A program made the translations under genes and the position numbers. Under the pieces are notes generated by a model. The model was not told the origin of the DNA. It was given only the letters and a program-made list of their open reading frames with translations, and did no database searches. A DNA stretch of 64,000 nucleotides. It comes from an uncultured delta proteobacterium. GTDB taxonomy: Bacteria; Desulfobacterota; Syntrophia; Syntrophales; UBA5619. Positions 33,519-43,742 of this stretch are shown here, piece by piece (within the stretch, counting starts at the first letter, position 1; each line of letters starts with the position of its first letter). The stretch covers positions 64,001-128,000 of the forward strand of contig CAWFOM010000008.1 in the NCBI GenBank assembly GCA_963817385.1, written 5' to 3'.

Positions 33519-33965
33519 ATGAAGGTCATTTTACGGCAAAATGTTGAATCTCTCGGTAAGGCGGGAGAGACAATCAAGGTCGCGGACGGCTACGCACGGA
33601 ACTACCTGATTCCCAAGGAACTCGCCGCGGAAGCGAACACTCGGAATCTCAAAGTGTTCGAGCATGAAAAGAAGCGTATCCTGCAGCAGGCGGAGAAGAT
33701 TCAGAAGCAGGCCGAAGAGACGGCGGCGAAACTGGCCGGGGTGACCTGCACCATCGCCCGACGCGTCGGAGAGCAGGAAAAACTCTTCGGATCGGTGGGG
33801 GTGAAGGACATCGAGGAGGCGCTGGCCGCCCAGGGGATCGAGATCGACAAGAGGAACATCCTCCTGGATGAACCGATCAAGTCGCTCGGCGAATTTCCCG
33901 TCCGGATCAAACTGAGCGCCGGCGTGTCCGCCGAAATCAAGATCGCCGTCGTGGCCGAAGCGTGA
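33519..33965 (+). CDS. rplI: 50S ribosomal protein L9
   Basis: MKVIL...LGKAG...VADGYARNYLIP, KLFGSV. Confidence 0.97.
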   Translation: MKVILRQNVESLGKAGETIKVADGYARNYLIPKELAAEANTRNLKVFEHEKKRILQQAEKIQKQAEETAAKLAGVTCTIARRVGEQEKLFGSVGVKDIEEALAAQGIEIDKRNILLDEPIKSLGEFPVRIKLSAGVSAEIKIAVVAEA

Positions 33966-34017
33966 AGGATCTCACCCGCAGGGGAAGTTTTGCCGACCCG
34001 TTATGAGGGCATCAACC

Positions 34018-35373
34018 ATGAAGGAGATCGATGCCTCCCTGCATAAGGTGCCTCCCCAGAACATCGAGGCGGAACAGTCCGTTCTGGGGGGCATCCTGCT
34101 TGACAATCTTGCTCTGAACACGGTTCTGGAGCTGCTGGAGACGTCTGACTTCTACAGCGAAGCCCACCGGAAGATCTTTTCCTCGATCATCGACCTCTCC
34201 AATCGGAACGAACCGTGCGATCTGATAACGCTCAGCAACATCCTCAAGGATCAGAAGCGGATCGAACAGGTCGGGGGGACCGCCTATCTTGCCTCGCTGG
34301 TGGATAATGTCTCCTCAGCCGTCAATATCGGCTATTACGCAAAGATCATCAAGGAGAAAAGCATCCTGCGCCGCCTCATCGGCACGGCCACCGAAATCCT
34401 CAACAAGACGTACGACTCGAGCATGGACGTCGACAGCGTCCTCGATGAGGCTGAGCACGCCATCTTCGAGATCTCCGAGAACAAGATTCGGCCGTCCTTC
34501 TACCCGATGCGCGATATCATTAAGGACAGCTTCAAGACGATCGAACGGCTCTATGCCAATAAGGAGCTGGTCACGGGGGTTTCGACCGGATTCGACAAGA
34601 TCGACGACCTGACATCAGGTCTCCAGAGATCCGACTTGATCATCATCGCCGGACGACCGAGCATGGGGAAAACGGCCTTTGCCTTGAATATCGCCCAGCA
34701 TGCCGCCCTGGAGATGGGCGTTCCCGTGGCGGTCTTCTCCCTGGAAATGTCCAAGGAGCAGCTGGCGACCCGTATGCTGGCCGCGGAGGCCCGTGTCGAT
34801 TCGCAGCGCCTGCGCAAAGGATTCCTCGGGGAGACGGACTGGCCGAAACTCACGACGGCCGCGGGACGCCTCTCCGAGGCGCCGATCTATATCGACGACA
34901 CCCCCGCAATCACCGTCATCGAGATGAAAGCCAAATCCCGCCGCCTCAAGTCCGAGGCCGGCCTGGGGCTCATCGTCCTGGATTATCTCCAGCTTATGCG
35001 GGGAAGCGCTTACAAGGATTCGCGGGAGCAGGAGATTTCGGAAATCAGCCGTTCCCTCAAGGGACTCGCGAAGGAGCTCTCCGTCCCGGTGATCGCCCTG
35101 TCCCAGCTCAACCGAAAGGTGGAGGACAGAACCAGCCGCCGACCGCAGATGGCGGACCTGCGGGAATCGGGGGCCATCGAACAAGATGCGGACCTGATCG
35201 CCTTCATCTACCGGGACGAGGTCTACAACCGGTCGGACGACAACCCGGAAAAGGGGATCGCCGAGATCATCATCGGCAAGCAGAGAAACGGACCGACCGG
35301 TATCGTCAAGCTGGCGTTCCAGGAAAAATATACCCGTTTTGAGAACCTTGCCCGCGTCGATGACGGGCATTAG
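34018..35373 (+). CDS. dnaB: Replicative DNA helicase (no intein)
   Basis: PPQNIEAEQSVLG, GRPSMGKT, DYLQLM, DLRESGAIEQDAD, KQRNGP. Confidence 0.98.
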   Translation: MKEIDASLHKVPPQNIEAEQSVLGGILLDNLALNTVLELLETSDFYSEAHRKIFSSIIDLSNRNEPCDLITLSNILKDQKRIEQVGGTAYLASLVDNVSSAVNIGYYAKIIKEKSILRRLIGTATEILNKTYDSSMDVDSVLDEAEHAIFEISENKIRPSFYPMRDIIKDSFKTIERLYANKELVTGVSTGFDKIDDLTSGLQRSDLIIIAGRPSMGKTAFALNIAQHAALEMGVPVAVFSLEMSKEQLATRMLAAEARVDSQRLRKGFLGETDWPKLTTAAGRLSEAPIYIDDTPAITVIEMKAKSRRLKSEAGLGLIVLDYLQLMRGSAYKDSREQEISEISRSLKGLAKELSVPVIALSQLNRKVEDRTSRRPQMADLRESGAIEQDADLIAFIYRDEVYNRSDDNPEKGIAEIIIGKQRNGPTGIVKLAFQEKYTRFENLARVDDGH

Positions 35374-35388
35374 GCTTCATCCTCTGAT

Positions 35389-36249
35389 TCAGGCCTCGAT
35401 CAGTTTGGTCTCCCGGCCCAGATAAGGAATGGCAAGTCCCAGTTTTCGGAGGGCCTGTTTTTCGATCTGCCTGGCCCGTTCCCGGGTGATGTGATAGCGG
35501 TCGCCGATCGCCTGCAGGGTGAGGGGGACATCCGCCATCACGCGGTTCCTGATGATAAAGCTCTCCTTTTCGCTGAGCTTGGCAAGCGCCCCGGCGATGT
35601 TGTGCCGGACGAGCGTCATCTCCTCCTTCCTGATCAGGGCCGCCTCCTGATCCTCCCCTTCGTACATCAGGTAATCCATGTGCGTCGACTCACCGTCCGC
35701 GGTCACCTGGGCGTCGAGTGAAAGATCGCGGCCGCTCATCCGGATGTCCATCTCCTCGATCTCCTCCGGACGGACCCCGAGCGTTTCGGCGATTTCTCCG
35801 AATTCCGGACGCTTCTCGGAGAGATTCTCCAATCGCTTCTTGGCCTGACTGAGTTTGAAAAATAGTTTGCGCTGCGCCTGTGTCGTGCCGATTTTGACCA
35901 GGCTCCAGGATTTAATGATGTAATTCTGAATGTAGGCCCTGATCCACCAGACGGCGTACGAGATGAGGCGGTAACCCTTGTACGGATCAAACTTCTTCAC
36001 TGCATGCATGAGGCCGATGTTGCCCTCCTGGACGAGATCTGCAAGCTTGAGTCCGTAATTCCGATATTCATGGGCGATCTTGACGACGAAGCGCAGATTC
36101 GAGACGACCAGTTTTTCCGCCGCTTCCATATCATTGTACTTCACGAGTCTGACGGCAAGGCGAAACTCCTCGTCAGCCGTCAGAATGGGAAAGCGGCTGA
36201 TCTCGGTAATATAGAGATCGAGTGTCCCGGTTACCGCAGGAACTTCCAA
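35389..36249 (-). CDS. rpoH: Sigma-32 (RpoH-family) factor, probable TTG start at 36249
   Basis: NLRFVVKIA, DLVQEGNIGLM, RpoH box TTQAQRKLFFKL, TRERARQIE; SD AAGGAGGA 7 nt before the TTG. Confidence 0.88.
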   Translation of the reverse strand: MEVPAVTGTLDLYITEISRFPILTADEEFRLAVRLVKYNDMEAAEKLVVSNLRFVVKIAHEYRNYGLKLADLVQEGNIGLMHAVKKFDPYKGYRLISYAVWWIRAYIQNYIIKSWSLVKIGTTQAQRKLFFKLSQAKKRLENLSEKRPEFGEIAETLGVRPEEIEEMDIRMSGRDLSLDAQVTADGESTHMDYLMYEGEDQEAALIRKEEMTLVRHNIAGALAKLSEKESFIIRNRVMADVPLTLQAIGDRYHITRERARQIEKQALRKLGLAIPYLGRETKLIEA

Positions 36250-36349
36250 AACTTCGTCCTCCTTATGGCCATGATGAATCATTATTTCATACAACGGATG
36301 ACTCCGGGCAGTCAATCTCTTTCCGCCCAGAGACCTCATGCAACCTCCC

Positions 36350-36378
36350 TTGACATCCCCTCCTGTGGTGTTTACTTT
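36350..36378 (+). promoter_or_regulatory. Sigma70-like promoter of clpB
   Basis: TTGACA-17 nt-TACTTT. Confidence 0.5.
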
Positions 36379-36424
36379 ACGATCTCATTAACGGTTAGTG
36401 CATATCAGAAGGAGGAGGACCTCT

Positions 36425-39010
36425 ATGAGATTCGATAAATTCACCTTGAAGGTTCAAGAGGCAATTCAGGAGGCGCAGGGGCTGGCAGCTCAGTACGGGC
36501 ACCAGGCCATTGATGGGGAGCATCTGCTTCTTTCACTTCTCAAACAGCCGGAGGGCATCATCTCCGAAATCATCAAAAAACTCGGCGCCGATCCCCGGCA
36601 TATCGAGAAGGAGGTACGAAAGGCCTTGGAGCGGCTTCCGAAAGTAGAGGGCGTAAGCGGCGGACAGGCCTATATGACACCAAGACTAAACAAGATCTTG
36701 GACGCAGCGCTCAGCGAGGCGGCACGGCTCACCGACGAATATGTCAGCGCGGAACACGTTCTTATCGCCATGGCCGATGAAAAGGACTCTGCGACGGCGA
36801 GGATTCTCAGCGCCGCGGGTGTCACAAAGGATGCGATCTTCAAAGTTCTTGTGGAAATCCGGGGGAATCAGCGGATAACCGATCCCAACCCGGAAGAGAA
36901 GTACCAGGCGTTGAAGCGATACGCCCGCGATTTTAACGAGCTTGCGAGAAACGGTTCCTTCGATCCCGTTATCGGTCGGGATGAGGAGATCAGAAGGATC
37001 ATGCAGGTCCTTTCCCGCCGGACAAAAAACAACCCCATCCTGATCGGTGAACCGGGCGTCGGGAAGACCGCGATCGTGGAAGGGCTGGCCCAGCGGATCG
37101 TCAACGGTGACGTGCCGGAGAATCTCAAAGACAAGCGGGTTATCGGTCTCGATATTGGCGCTCTCATCGCCGGGGCGAAGTACCGGGGTGAGTTTGAAGA
37201 GCGACTGAAGGCCGTTCTGAAGGAGGTCACCTCAGCACAGGGAGAGATCATTCTTTTTATCGACGAGATTCATACCGTGGTCGGCGCCGGCGCCGCAGAA
37301 GGTTCCATGGATGCCTCCAATATGCTCAAGCCAGCCCTGGCGAGAGGAGAACTCCGCTGCGTGGGCGCAACAACCCTGAACGAATACCGGAAACATATCG
37401 AAAAAGATCCGGCGCTTGAGCGGCGGTTCCAGCCAATCATGGTCCAGGAGCCCTCCGTTGAAGATACGATCGCGATTCTCAGGGGTCTGAAAGAACGCTA
37501 CGAAGTCCATCACGGTGTCCGGATCAAGGATGCGGCCATCATTGCCGCCGCAACCCTCTCCGACCGTTACATCAGCGACCGGTTCCTCCCGGACAAAGCG
37601 GTCGATCTCATCGATGAAGCCGCCTCCCGACTACGGATCGAACTGGACAGTATGCCCGCAGAGATCGATGCCCTTGAGCGCCGCGTCATCCAGCTCGAAA
37701 TTGAACGGCAGTCACTCAAGAAAGAAACGGACCGGACTTCTGTCGAGAGGCGCGAGAAGATCGAAAAAGAACTGGCTGAACTCCGCGCATCGATGGATGA
37801 GATGAAGCTTCACTGGGTAAACGAAAAGGACGCCATCAAGAGGATACAGGAGATCAAGGGCCGGATCGAGGCTTTCAAGGTTGATGAACACAATGCCCAG
37901 CGCGCCGGCGACCTGGCCAGGGCAGCGGAGATCCGCTACGGAAAGCTCGTCGAACTGAACAAGGACCTGGAGCAGGAAAACAATAAGCTTGCGGAGGTGC
38001 AGAAAGACCGGCAAATGCTCAAGGAAGAGGTTGATGCGGAGGATGTCGCGGGGGTCGTGGCAAACTGGACGGGTATCCCCGTTGCCCGCATGATGGAAAG
38101 CGATGTCCAGAAGCTGATCCACATGGAAGAGCGGCTTAAGCAGCGGGTCATCGGTCAGGACGAAGGGATCAGCGCCGTTTCCAGCGCGCTCAGGAGAGCC
38201 AGATCCGGCCTCCAGGACCCGAACCGCCCGATCGGCTCCTTCATCTTCATGGGGCCAACCGGGGTCGGCAAGACGGAGCTCGCCAAGGCGCTGGCCGAAT
38301 TCATGTTCGACAATGAACAGGCCCTGATCCGGATTGACATGTCGGAATTCATGGAAAAGCACTCGGTGGCCCGGCTGATCGGCGCCCCGCCGGGGTATGT
38401 GGGTTATGACGAAGGCGGGCATCTCACGGAGGCGGTACGGAGAAGACCCTATTCGGTCCTCTTGTTCGACGAGATCGAGAAAGCCCATCCGGATGTCTTC
38501 AATATCCTCCTGCAAATCCTGGATGACGGCCGTCTCACCGACGGTCATGGCCGAACGGTGGACTTCAAGAACACCATCACGGTGATGACCTCCAACATCG
38601 GCGGCCAACTGCTCCAGGATCCTTCTCTCGGGGATGAGGAAAAGAGGACCCGGACAATGGATATCCTCCGTGCAACCTTCAAACCGGAGTTCCTCAACAG
38701 GATTGATGACATCATTATCTTCCACTCACTCAAGATGGAGGACATCGAGCGGATCATCGATATCCAGCTCGGGCTTATCGGGAGGCGGCTTGAGGAACGG
38801 AAACTGACCTTGGAATTGACAGAAAGGGCCAAAAAATATATAGCTCAAGAAGGGTTCAGCCCGGTTTACGGCGCCAGACCGCTCAAGCGGGTACTTCAGA
38901 AACAGATTCTGGACAATCTCGCCATGAACATCCTGGAAGGGGATTTCGTCGAGGGCGATCATATCGTGATCGACCATAAAAACGACCGGGTGGTTTTCCG
39001 TAAACGCTGA
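36425..39010 (+). CDS. clpB: Chaperone ClpB
   Basis: Two AAA+ domains ([16 protein letters not shown]), long coiled-coil M domain, GAPPGYVGY. Confidence 0.98.
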   Translation: MRFDKFTLKVQEAIQEAQGLAAQYGHQAIDGEHLLLSLLKQPEGIISEIIKKLGADPRHIEKEVRKALERLPKVEGVSGGQAYMTPRLNKILDAALSEAARLTDEYVSAEHVLIAMADEKDSATARILSAAGVTKDAIFKVLVEIRGNQRITDPNPEEKYQALKRYARDFNELARNGSFDPVIGRDEEIRRIMQVLSRRTKNNPILIGEPGVGKTAIVEGLAQRIVNGDVPENLKDKRVIGLDIGALIAGAKYRGEFEERLKAVLKEVTSAQGEIILFIDEIHTVVGAGAAEGSMDASNMLKPALARGELRCVGATTLNEYRKHIEKDPALERRFQPIMVQEPSVEDTIAILRGLKERYEVHHGVRIKDAAIIAAATLSDRYISDRFLPDKAVDLIDEAASRLRIELDSMPAEIDALERRVIQLEIERQSLKKETDRTSVERREKIEKELAELRASMDEMKLHWVNEKDAIKRIQEIKGRIEAFKVDEHNAQRAGDLARAAEIRYGKLVELNKDLEQENNKLAEVQKDRQMLKEEVDAEDVAGVVANWTGIPVARMMESDVQKLIHMEERLKQRVIGQDEGISAVSSALRRARSGLQDPNRPIGSFIFMGPTGVGKTELAKALAEFMFDNEQALIRIDMSEFMEKHSVARLIGAPPGYVGYDEGGHLTEAVRRRPYSVLLFDEIEKAHPDVFNILLQILDDGRLTDGHGRTVDFKNTITVMTSNIGGQLLQDPSLGDEEKRTRTMDILRATFKPEFLNRIDDIIIFHSLKMEDIERIIDIQLGLIGRRLEERKLTLELTERAKKYIAQEGFSPVYGARPLKRVLQKQILDNLAMNILEGDFVEGDHIVIDHKNDRVVFRKR

Positions 39011-39028
39011 TACAAGGATATATCCACT

Positions 39029-39059
39029 CTTCCGGCGGAGGCGACGCCTCCGCCGGAAG
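39029..39059. other. Perfect 14-bp GC-rich hairpin between clpB and htpX
   Basis: CTTCCGGCGGAGGC-GAC-GCCTCCGCCGGAAG with no U tract. Confidence 0.7.
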
Positions 39060-39099
39060 GGCGGATACCGAGTAGAACATTATTTCAGGGAGGAAACAG

Positions 39100-39951
39100 A
39101 TGAACACAATCAAAACCGGACTTCTCCTGGGCGCCCTGACAGGGCTCCTCATGCTGATCGGCGGTCTCTTCGGCGGTCAGAACGGGGTCGTCATCGCCTT
39201 CATCTTCGCCATGGTGCTGAATTTCGGCAGCTACTGGTTCTCCGACAAACTGGTCCTGAGCATGTATCATGCCCAGCCGGTCTCGGAGAGCGAGGCGCCG
39301 GATCTCTTTGCCACGGTGAAGAATCTCGCGATGAAGGCTTCCCTGCCCATGCCGCGGGTGTATATCATTCCGGGCGACACGCCGAACGCCTTCGCCACGG
39401 GACGCGACGAACATCATGCGGTCGTGGCCGTCACGGAGGGTATCCTGAGGATCCTCTCCCGGGACGAACTCGAAGGGGTCATCGCCCATGAGCTGACCCA
39501 CATCAAACAACGGGACATCCTCATCGGCTCCATCGCCGCGACGCTGGCCGGGGCCATCGTCATGCTGGCCAATATGGCCCAGTGGGCCGCCATGTTCGGC
39601 GGGGCGAGCCGTGACGACGAAGAGGGAGGGGGCGGCGGCATCATCGGTCTGATCGTCATGGCCATCCTCGCCCCGATCGCCGCCACGATCATCCAGATGG
39701 CAATCTCCCGCTCGCGCGAATACCTTGCCGATGCCGGCGGTGCGACGATTTCGGGAAAACCCGCCGGACTCGCAAATGCCCTGGATAAAATCTCCCGGGC
39801 GTCCCAGGCAATCCCCTTGGAGGCGAACCCATCAACCGCCCATATGTTTATCGTCAACCCCCTGACGGGGCGCTCTCTTATGAACCTCTTCAGCACCCAC
39901 CCGCCTGTTGAGGAGCGGATCGCCCGTCTGAGAAGCATGAGGCGTATGTAA
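39100..39951 (+). CDS. htpX: Zinc metalloprotease HtpX
   Basis: [29 protein letters not shown]. Confidence 0.96.
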   Translation: MNTIKTGLLLGALTGLLMLIGGLFGGQNGVVIAFIFAMVLNFGSYWFSDKLVLSMYHAQPVSESEAPDLFATVKNLAMKASLPMPRVYIIPGDTPNAFATGRDEHHAVVAVTEGILRILSRDELEGVIAHELTHIKQRDILIGSIAATLAGAIVMLANMAQWAAMFGGASRDDEEGGGGGIIGLIVMAILAPIAATIIQMAISRSREYLADAGGATISGKPAGLANALDKISRASQAIPLEANPSTAHMFIVNPLTGRSLMNLFSTHPPVEERIARLRSMRRM

Positions 39952-40038
39952 CTGCGGCGAGAGCTTCAATTCCCGCCGTCGTCCTCCCCTGTCCGCGGGG
40001 GAAAACGGCGGTTATCCGGCACGAGAGGAGGAGGTTCC

Positions 40039-40470
40039 ATGGAAGAAGAAAAGAAGGAAAAGGGGTTCGTCATCAAGGACCGTCGTCTTTTCGACGAATC
40101 CGGATCCGTCCGCAAGGAAGAAGCACAAAAGGAAGAGGAGAAGAAACCGGAAGCAGCTGTGCATGAGGCCGAGACCGCAGCGAAAGAGGCGGCCGCATCC
40201 GAAGCGGACGATGCCCCCCTTCCCGAGATCAACTTCGCCAGTTTCCTCTTTTCACTCAGCACGACCGCCATGTACCACTTCGGGGATTTTCCCGATCCCG
40301 TCACCAAGGAGAGCAGGCGCAATCTGCCCGCGGCAAAGCAGACCATCGACATCCTCAGCATCCTGAAGACGAAAACGGAGGGCAACCTCGCCGATGACGA
40401 AAAACAACTGCTGGAAGGCATCCTCTATGAGCTCCGGATGCGGTTCGTCAAGGAAATGACGAAAAAATGA
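40039..40470 (+). CDS. DUF1844-family protein
   Basis: F..FLFSL, G..PDP, AKQTIDIL.IL..KT.GNL...E pattern. Confidence 0.8.
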   Translation: MEEEKKEKGFVIKDRRLFDESGSVRKEEAQKEEEKKPEAAVHEAETAAKEAAASEADDAPLPEINFASFLFSLSTTAMYHFGDFPDPVTKESRRNLPAAKQTIDILSILKTKTEGNLADDEKQLLEGILYELRMRFVKEMTKK

Positions 40471-41302
40471 TTTCGAAGGCGTCGCCGGCCAAGGTGAATC
40501 TCAATTTGCGCGTTCTCCGCAAGAGAGAGGACGGCTATCACGACATACTCTCCCTCATGCAGAGGATCAGTCTCTGCGATGAGATGACCTTCTCGCCGCG
40601 AGCGGATCGCATCGTCGTACGCTGTCCTGACAGCGCGCTTCCGGAGGATGAGGGAAACATCGTTTACCGCGCGGCGGAGGCTTTTCACGCACGGACGGGC
40701 GTCTTGCCGGGTATCGAAATCACCGTCCGGAAACGGATCCCCATCGCCGCCGGATTGGGAGGAGGAAGTTCCAACGCGGCCACAACCCTGATGACCTTGA
40801 ACGAGATGGCTGGCACCCCGCTCACCCGGGAGGAATTGATGAGGATGGGGGCCGATCTGGGGGCCGATGTCCCCTTTTTTATTTTCGGAAATGCCGCCTG
40901 GGCCTCCGGCATCGGCGATCGCCTCATCGAAGCCCCTTCTCTCCCCCCCTCTGGCTTGTTCTGATCAATCCCGGCTTTGCAGTCTCCACAGAAATGGTTT
41001 ATCGCGAGCTCAATTTAGGATTGACAAACGTATCATTTAATTATAGCATCCCACGATTTTATACATTCACCGATGTGATCGAGGGCCTCACAAACGATCT
41101 GGAGAACGTTACGCTGAGGCATCATCCTGTTCTGGGTCACTTCAAGACCCTTTTGCTCGAGAACGGCGCCCGCGGCGCCCTGATGTCGGGTAGCGGACCT
41201 ACCGTTTTCGGTATCTTCGCCGATGAGGAATCCGCTCTCCTGGCAGAGAATAATCTGAGGCAAGGCAACCGGTGGTCGGTGTATGGGGCGCACTCCCTGT
41301 AA
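40467..41302 (+). CDS. ispE: 4-(cytidine 5'-diphospho)-2-C-methyl-D-erythritol kinase, split by a frameshift in a C7 run at ~40943-40949
   Basis: SPAKVNL, GYH, IPIAAGLGGGSSNAA, GADVPFF in one frame; WLVLINPG, NDLE, MSGSGPTVF in another. Confidence 0.92.
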
Positions 41303-41370
41303 AGAAAACCGATCTCGGCCTTCGGCCCTATGTATGGAAGTCGGATTCAGTCTGCCGTATGAATCGGAAC

Positions 41371-41445
41371 TGGGGCGTCGTCAAGCGGTAAGACACAGGA
41401 ATTTGGATCCTGCATTCGGAGGTTCGAATCCTCCCGCCCCAGCCA
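41371..41445 (+). tRNA. tRNA-Gln(TTG)
   Basis: TGGGGCG/CGCCCCA acceptor, CAGGA-ATTTGGA-TCCTG anticodon arm, GTTCGAATC, CCA; typical position between ispE and prs. Confidence 0.93.
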
Positions 41446-41473
41446 ATTGTTATGAGAACGTAAAGGAACGCTG

Positions 41474-42418
41474 ATGCTCGAAAAAATGAGAGTGTTTTCC
41501 GGAAATGCCAATACGGCACTTGCCCAAAAGATCGGAGAGAACCTTGGCGTTTCCCTCGGGAAGGCCCATGTCACCGCCTTCAGCGACGGTGAGACCCGAG
41601 TGGAAATCAACGAAAACGTCCGGGGAATGGATGTGTTTATCATTCAGCCCACCTGCCCGCCGGTCAATATCACCCTGATGGAGCTTCTCATCATGATCGA
41701 CGCCGTACGCAGGGCATCTGCGGACCGGATCACGGCCGTCATTCCCTATTACGGTTATGCCCGGCAGGACAGGAAGGTGGCGCCGCGGGCGCCGATCACC
41801 GCCAAGCTCGTCGCCGATCTGATCACCAAGGCGGGGGCCAACCGCGTCCTGGCGTTGGATCTGCACGCCGGCCAGATTCAGGGATTCTTCAACATCCCGG
41901 TGGATAATCTCTTCGCCACCCCGGTTCTTCTCGACTACATCAAAAAAAACTATCATGGCGACAACATCGTGGTCGTTTCACCGGATACCGGCGGCGTAGA
42001 GCGGGCACGGGCCTTCGGCAAGAGGCTCGGCGCCAGTCTGGCAATAATCGACAAGCGCAGAGAGGGGCCGAACGAGGCACAGATCATGAACATCATCGGC
42101 CATGTCAAGGGCATGAAGGTCATCGTGCTGGATGACATGATCGACACGGCCGGAACGGTCGTCCAGGCGGCGAAAGCGCTGAAGGAGGAAGGGGCCATTG
42201 AGGTCGCCGTCTGCTGCACCCATCCCGTCCTTTCCGGACCGGCCATGGAAAGAATCGAACACTCGGAGCTCAAAGAGGTCATCGTGACGGATACCATTCC
42301 CCTGCATGAACAGGCCAAGGCATGCAACCGCATCAAGGTTCTCTCCGTCTCGGGTCTCCTCAGCGAGGCTGTTAGAAGGATCTATTATAACGATTCAGTC
42401 AGTTCATTATTCATTTAG
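41474..42418 (+). CDS. prs: Ribose-phosphate pyrophosphokinase
   Basis: [36 protein letters not shown]. Confidence 0.98.
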   Translation: MLEKMRVFSGNANTALAQKIGENLGVSLGKAHVTAFSDGETRVEINENVRGMDVFIIQPTCPPVNITLMELLIMIDAVRRASADRITAVIPYYGYARQDRKVAPRAPITAKLVADLITKAGANRVLALDLHAGQIQGFFNIPVDNLFATPVLLDYIKKNYHGDNIVVVSPDTGGVERARAFGKRLGASLAIIDKRREGPNEAQIMNIIGHVKGMKVIVLDDMIDTAGTVVQAAKALKEEGAIEVAVCCTHPVLSGPAMERIEHSELKEVIVTDTIPLHEQAKACNRIKVLSVSGLLSEAVRRIYYNDSVSSLFI

Positions 42419-42428
42419 GAGGAATCAC

Positions 42429-43079
42429 ATGGAGGCGACAGAATTAAAGGCCTGTATACGCAATGAATCCGGCAAGGGACCGGCGAGACGTTTTCGGGAA
42501 AAGGGGTTGATCCCCGCCGTATTTTACGGCCGCGGCCAGGATGCCATTCACCTGTCGGTAAATGCGGCTGATCTGCTGAAGATCATTAAGGACAAGAAGA
42601 AAAACATCTTTATCAACCTCATCATTGAAGGGGAGCAACAGATGGAAAAACTCTCCCTGATGAAGGAACTGCAGATAGAACCGGTCAGCAGAAGGTTCTA
42701 TCATGCCGATTTTTATGAAATCCGCATGGACCATAAACTGACGATCGATATTCCTCTGCGCTTCGTCGGCATCCCCGTAGGCGTCCAGAACGGTGGGGAA
42801 CTCCAGCATCTCAAACGGGATCTGAAGGTCACCTGTCTGCCCTCGGACTTGCCCGAATATATCGATCTTGATGTGAGCGGCCTGGATATCGGGAATTCGA
42901 TCAAGGTTCAGGATATCAAGGTTCCCGATAGTATGGAGGTGCTCGATCCGGGCGATGTCGGCGTGGCCATGGTCGCCGTCGTGAAGGTCTCCGTACCGCA
43001 GGCGGAAGTTGCGGCAGAGGAAGCCGCTGCGCCGGCCGAAGGCGAGGAGGAGGCCCCGAAGGAGGAAACCAAAGGTTGA
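42429..43079 (+). CDS. rplY: 50S ribosomal protein L25/Ctc
   Basis: GKGPARRFR..GLIPAVFYG, HADFY, C-terminal Ctc domain. Confidence 0.95.
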   Translation: MEATELKACIRNESGKGPARRFREKGLIPAVFYGRGQDAIHLSVNAADLLKIIKDKKKNIFINLIIEGEQQMEKLSLMKELQIEPVSRRFYHADFYEIRMDHKLTIDIPLRFVGIPVGVQNGGELQHLKRDLKVTCLPSDLPEYIDLDVSGLDIGNSIKVQDIKVPDSMEVLDPGDVGVAMVAVVKVSVPQAEVAAEEAAAPAEGEEEAPKEETKG

Positions 43080-43148
43080 CCATGCCTCTGATCGCCGGTA
43101 TGCGGGAGTTGATCAACTCAACACTGACGGCCTTTGGAGGGGTTTCGG

Positions 43149-43739
43149 GTGAAATTTGTCGTAGGATTGGGAAATCCGGGGATACGGTATCAGTTGAATC
43201 GTCACAACGCGGGGTTCCTGGTTCTGGATCAACTGGCATTGCGCCATGACATATCCATCAGTCAAACCTTATTTGATGCCCGTATCGGCAAGGGAAATAT
43301 GGCCGGCAGCGCCGTTTTACTCGCCCAACCGCAGACATTCATGAATCTCAGTGGAACAGCGGTCAGAAAGCTGGCCGACTATTTCAGGATAGACCTTGAG
43401 GATCTGATTGTTGTTCATGATGATCTGGATCTGCCTTTCCAGACAATCCGCCTGAAAGCGGGAGGAGGGCACGGAGGACATAAAGGGCTGATTTCCCTCA
43501 TCGATCATCTCGGCTCCGCGGCATTCATTCGGGTCAGATTCGGCATCGGAAGGCCGGAACGCAAGGCGATGGTCGAGAGCTATGTCCTGTCACCCTTTTC
43601 TGAAGAGGAGTTGACCTGTCTCCCCCAGCTGACCCGGACGGCGGGTGAGGCAGTAGCCGACATCATTTCATCCGGCATTCAGGCGGCGATGGAAAAGCAT
43701 CACGGGAAAGAAAATTCCAAATTGATCAAGGAGGGTTGA
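43149..43739 (+). CDS. pth: Peptidyl-tRNA hydrolase
   Basis: [34 protein letters not shown]. Confidence 0.96.
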   Translation: MKFVVGLGNPGIRYQLNRHNAGFLVLDQLALRHDISISQTLFDARIGKGNMAGSAVLLAQPQTFMNLSGTAVRKLADYFRIDLEDLIVVHDDLDLPFQTIRLKAGGGHGGHKGLISLIDHLGSAAFIRVRFGIGRPERKAMVESYVLSPFSEEELTCLPQLTRTAGEAVADIISSGIQAAMEKHHGKENSKLIKEG

Positions 43740-43742
43740 ATC

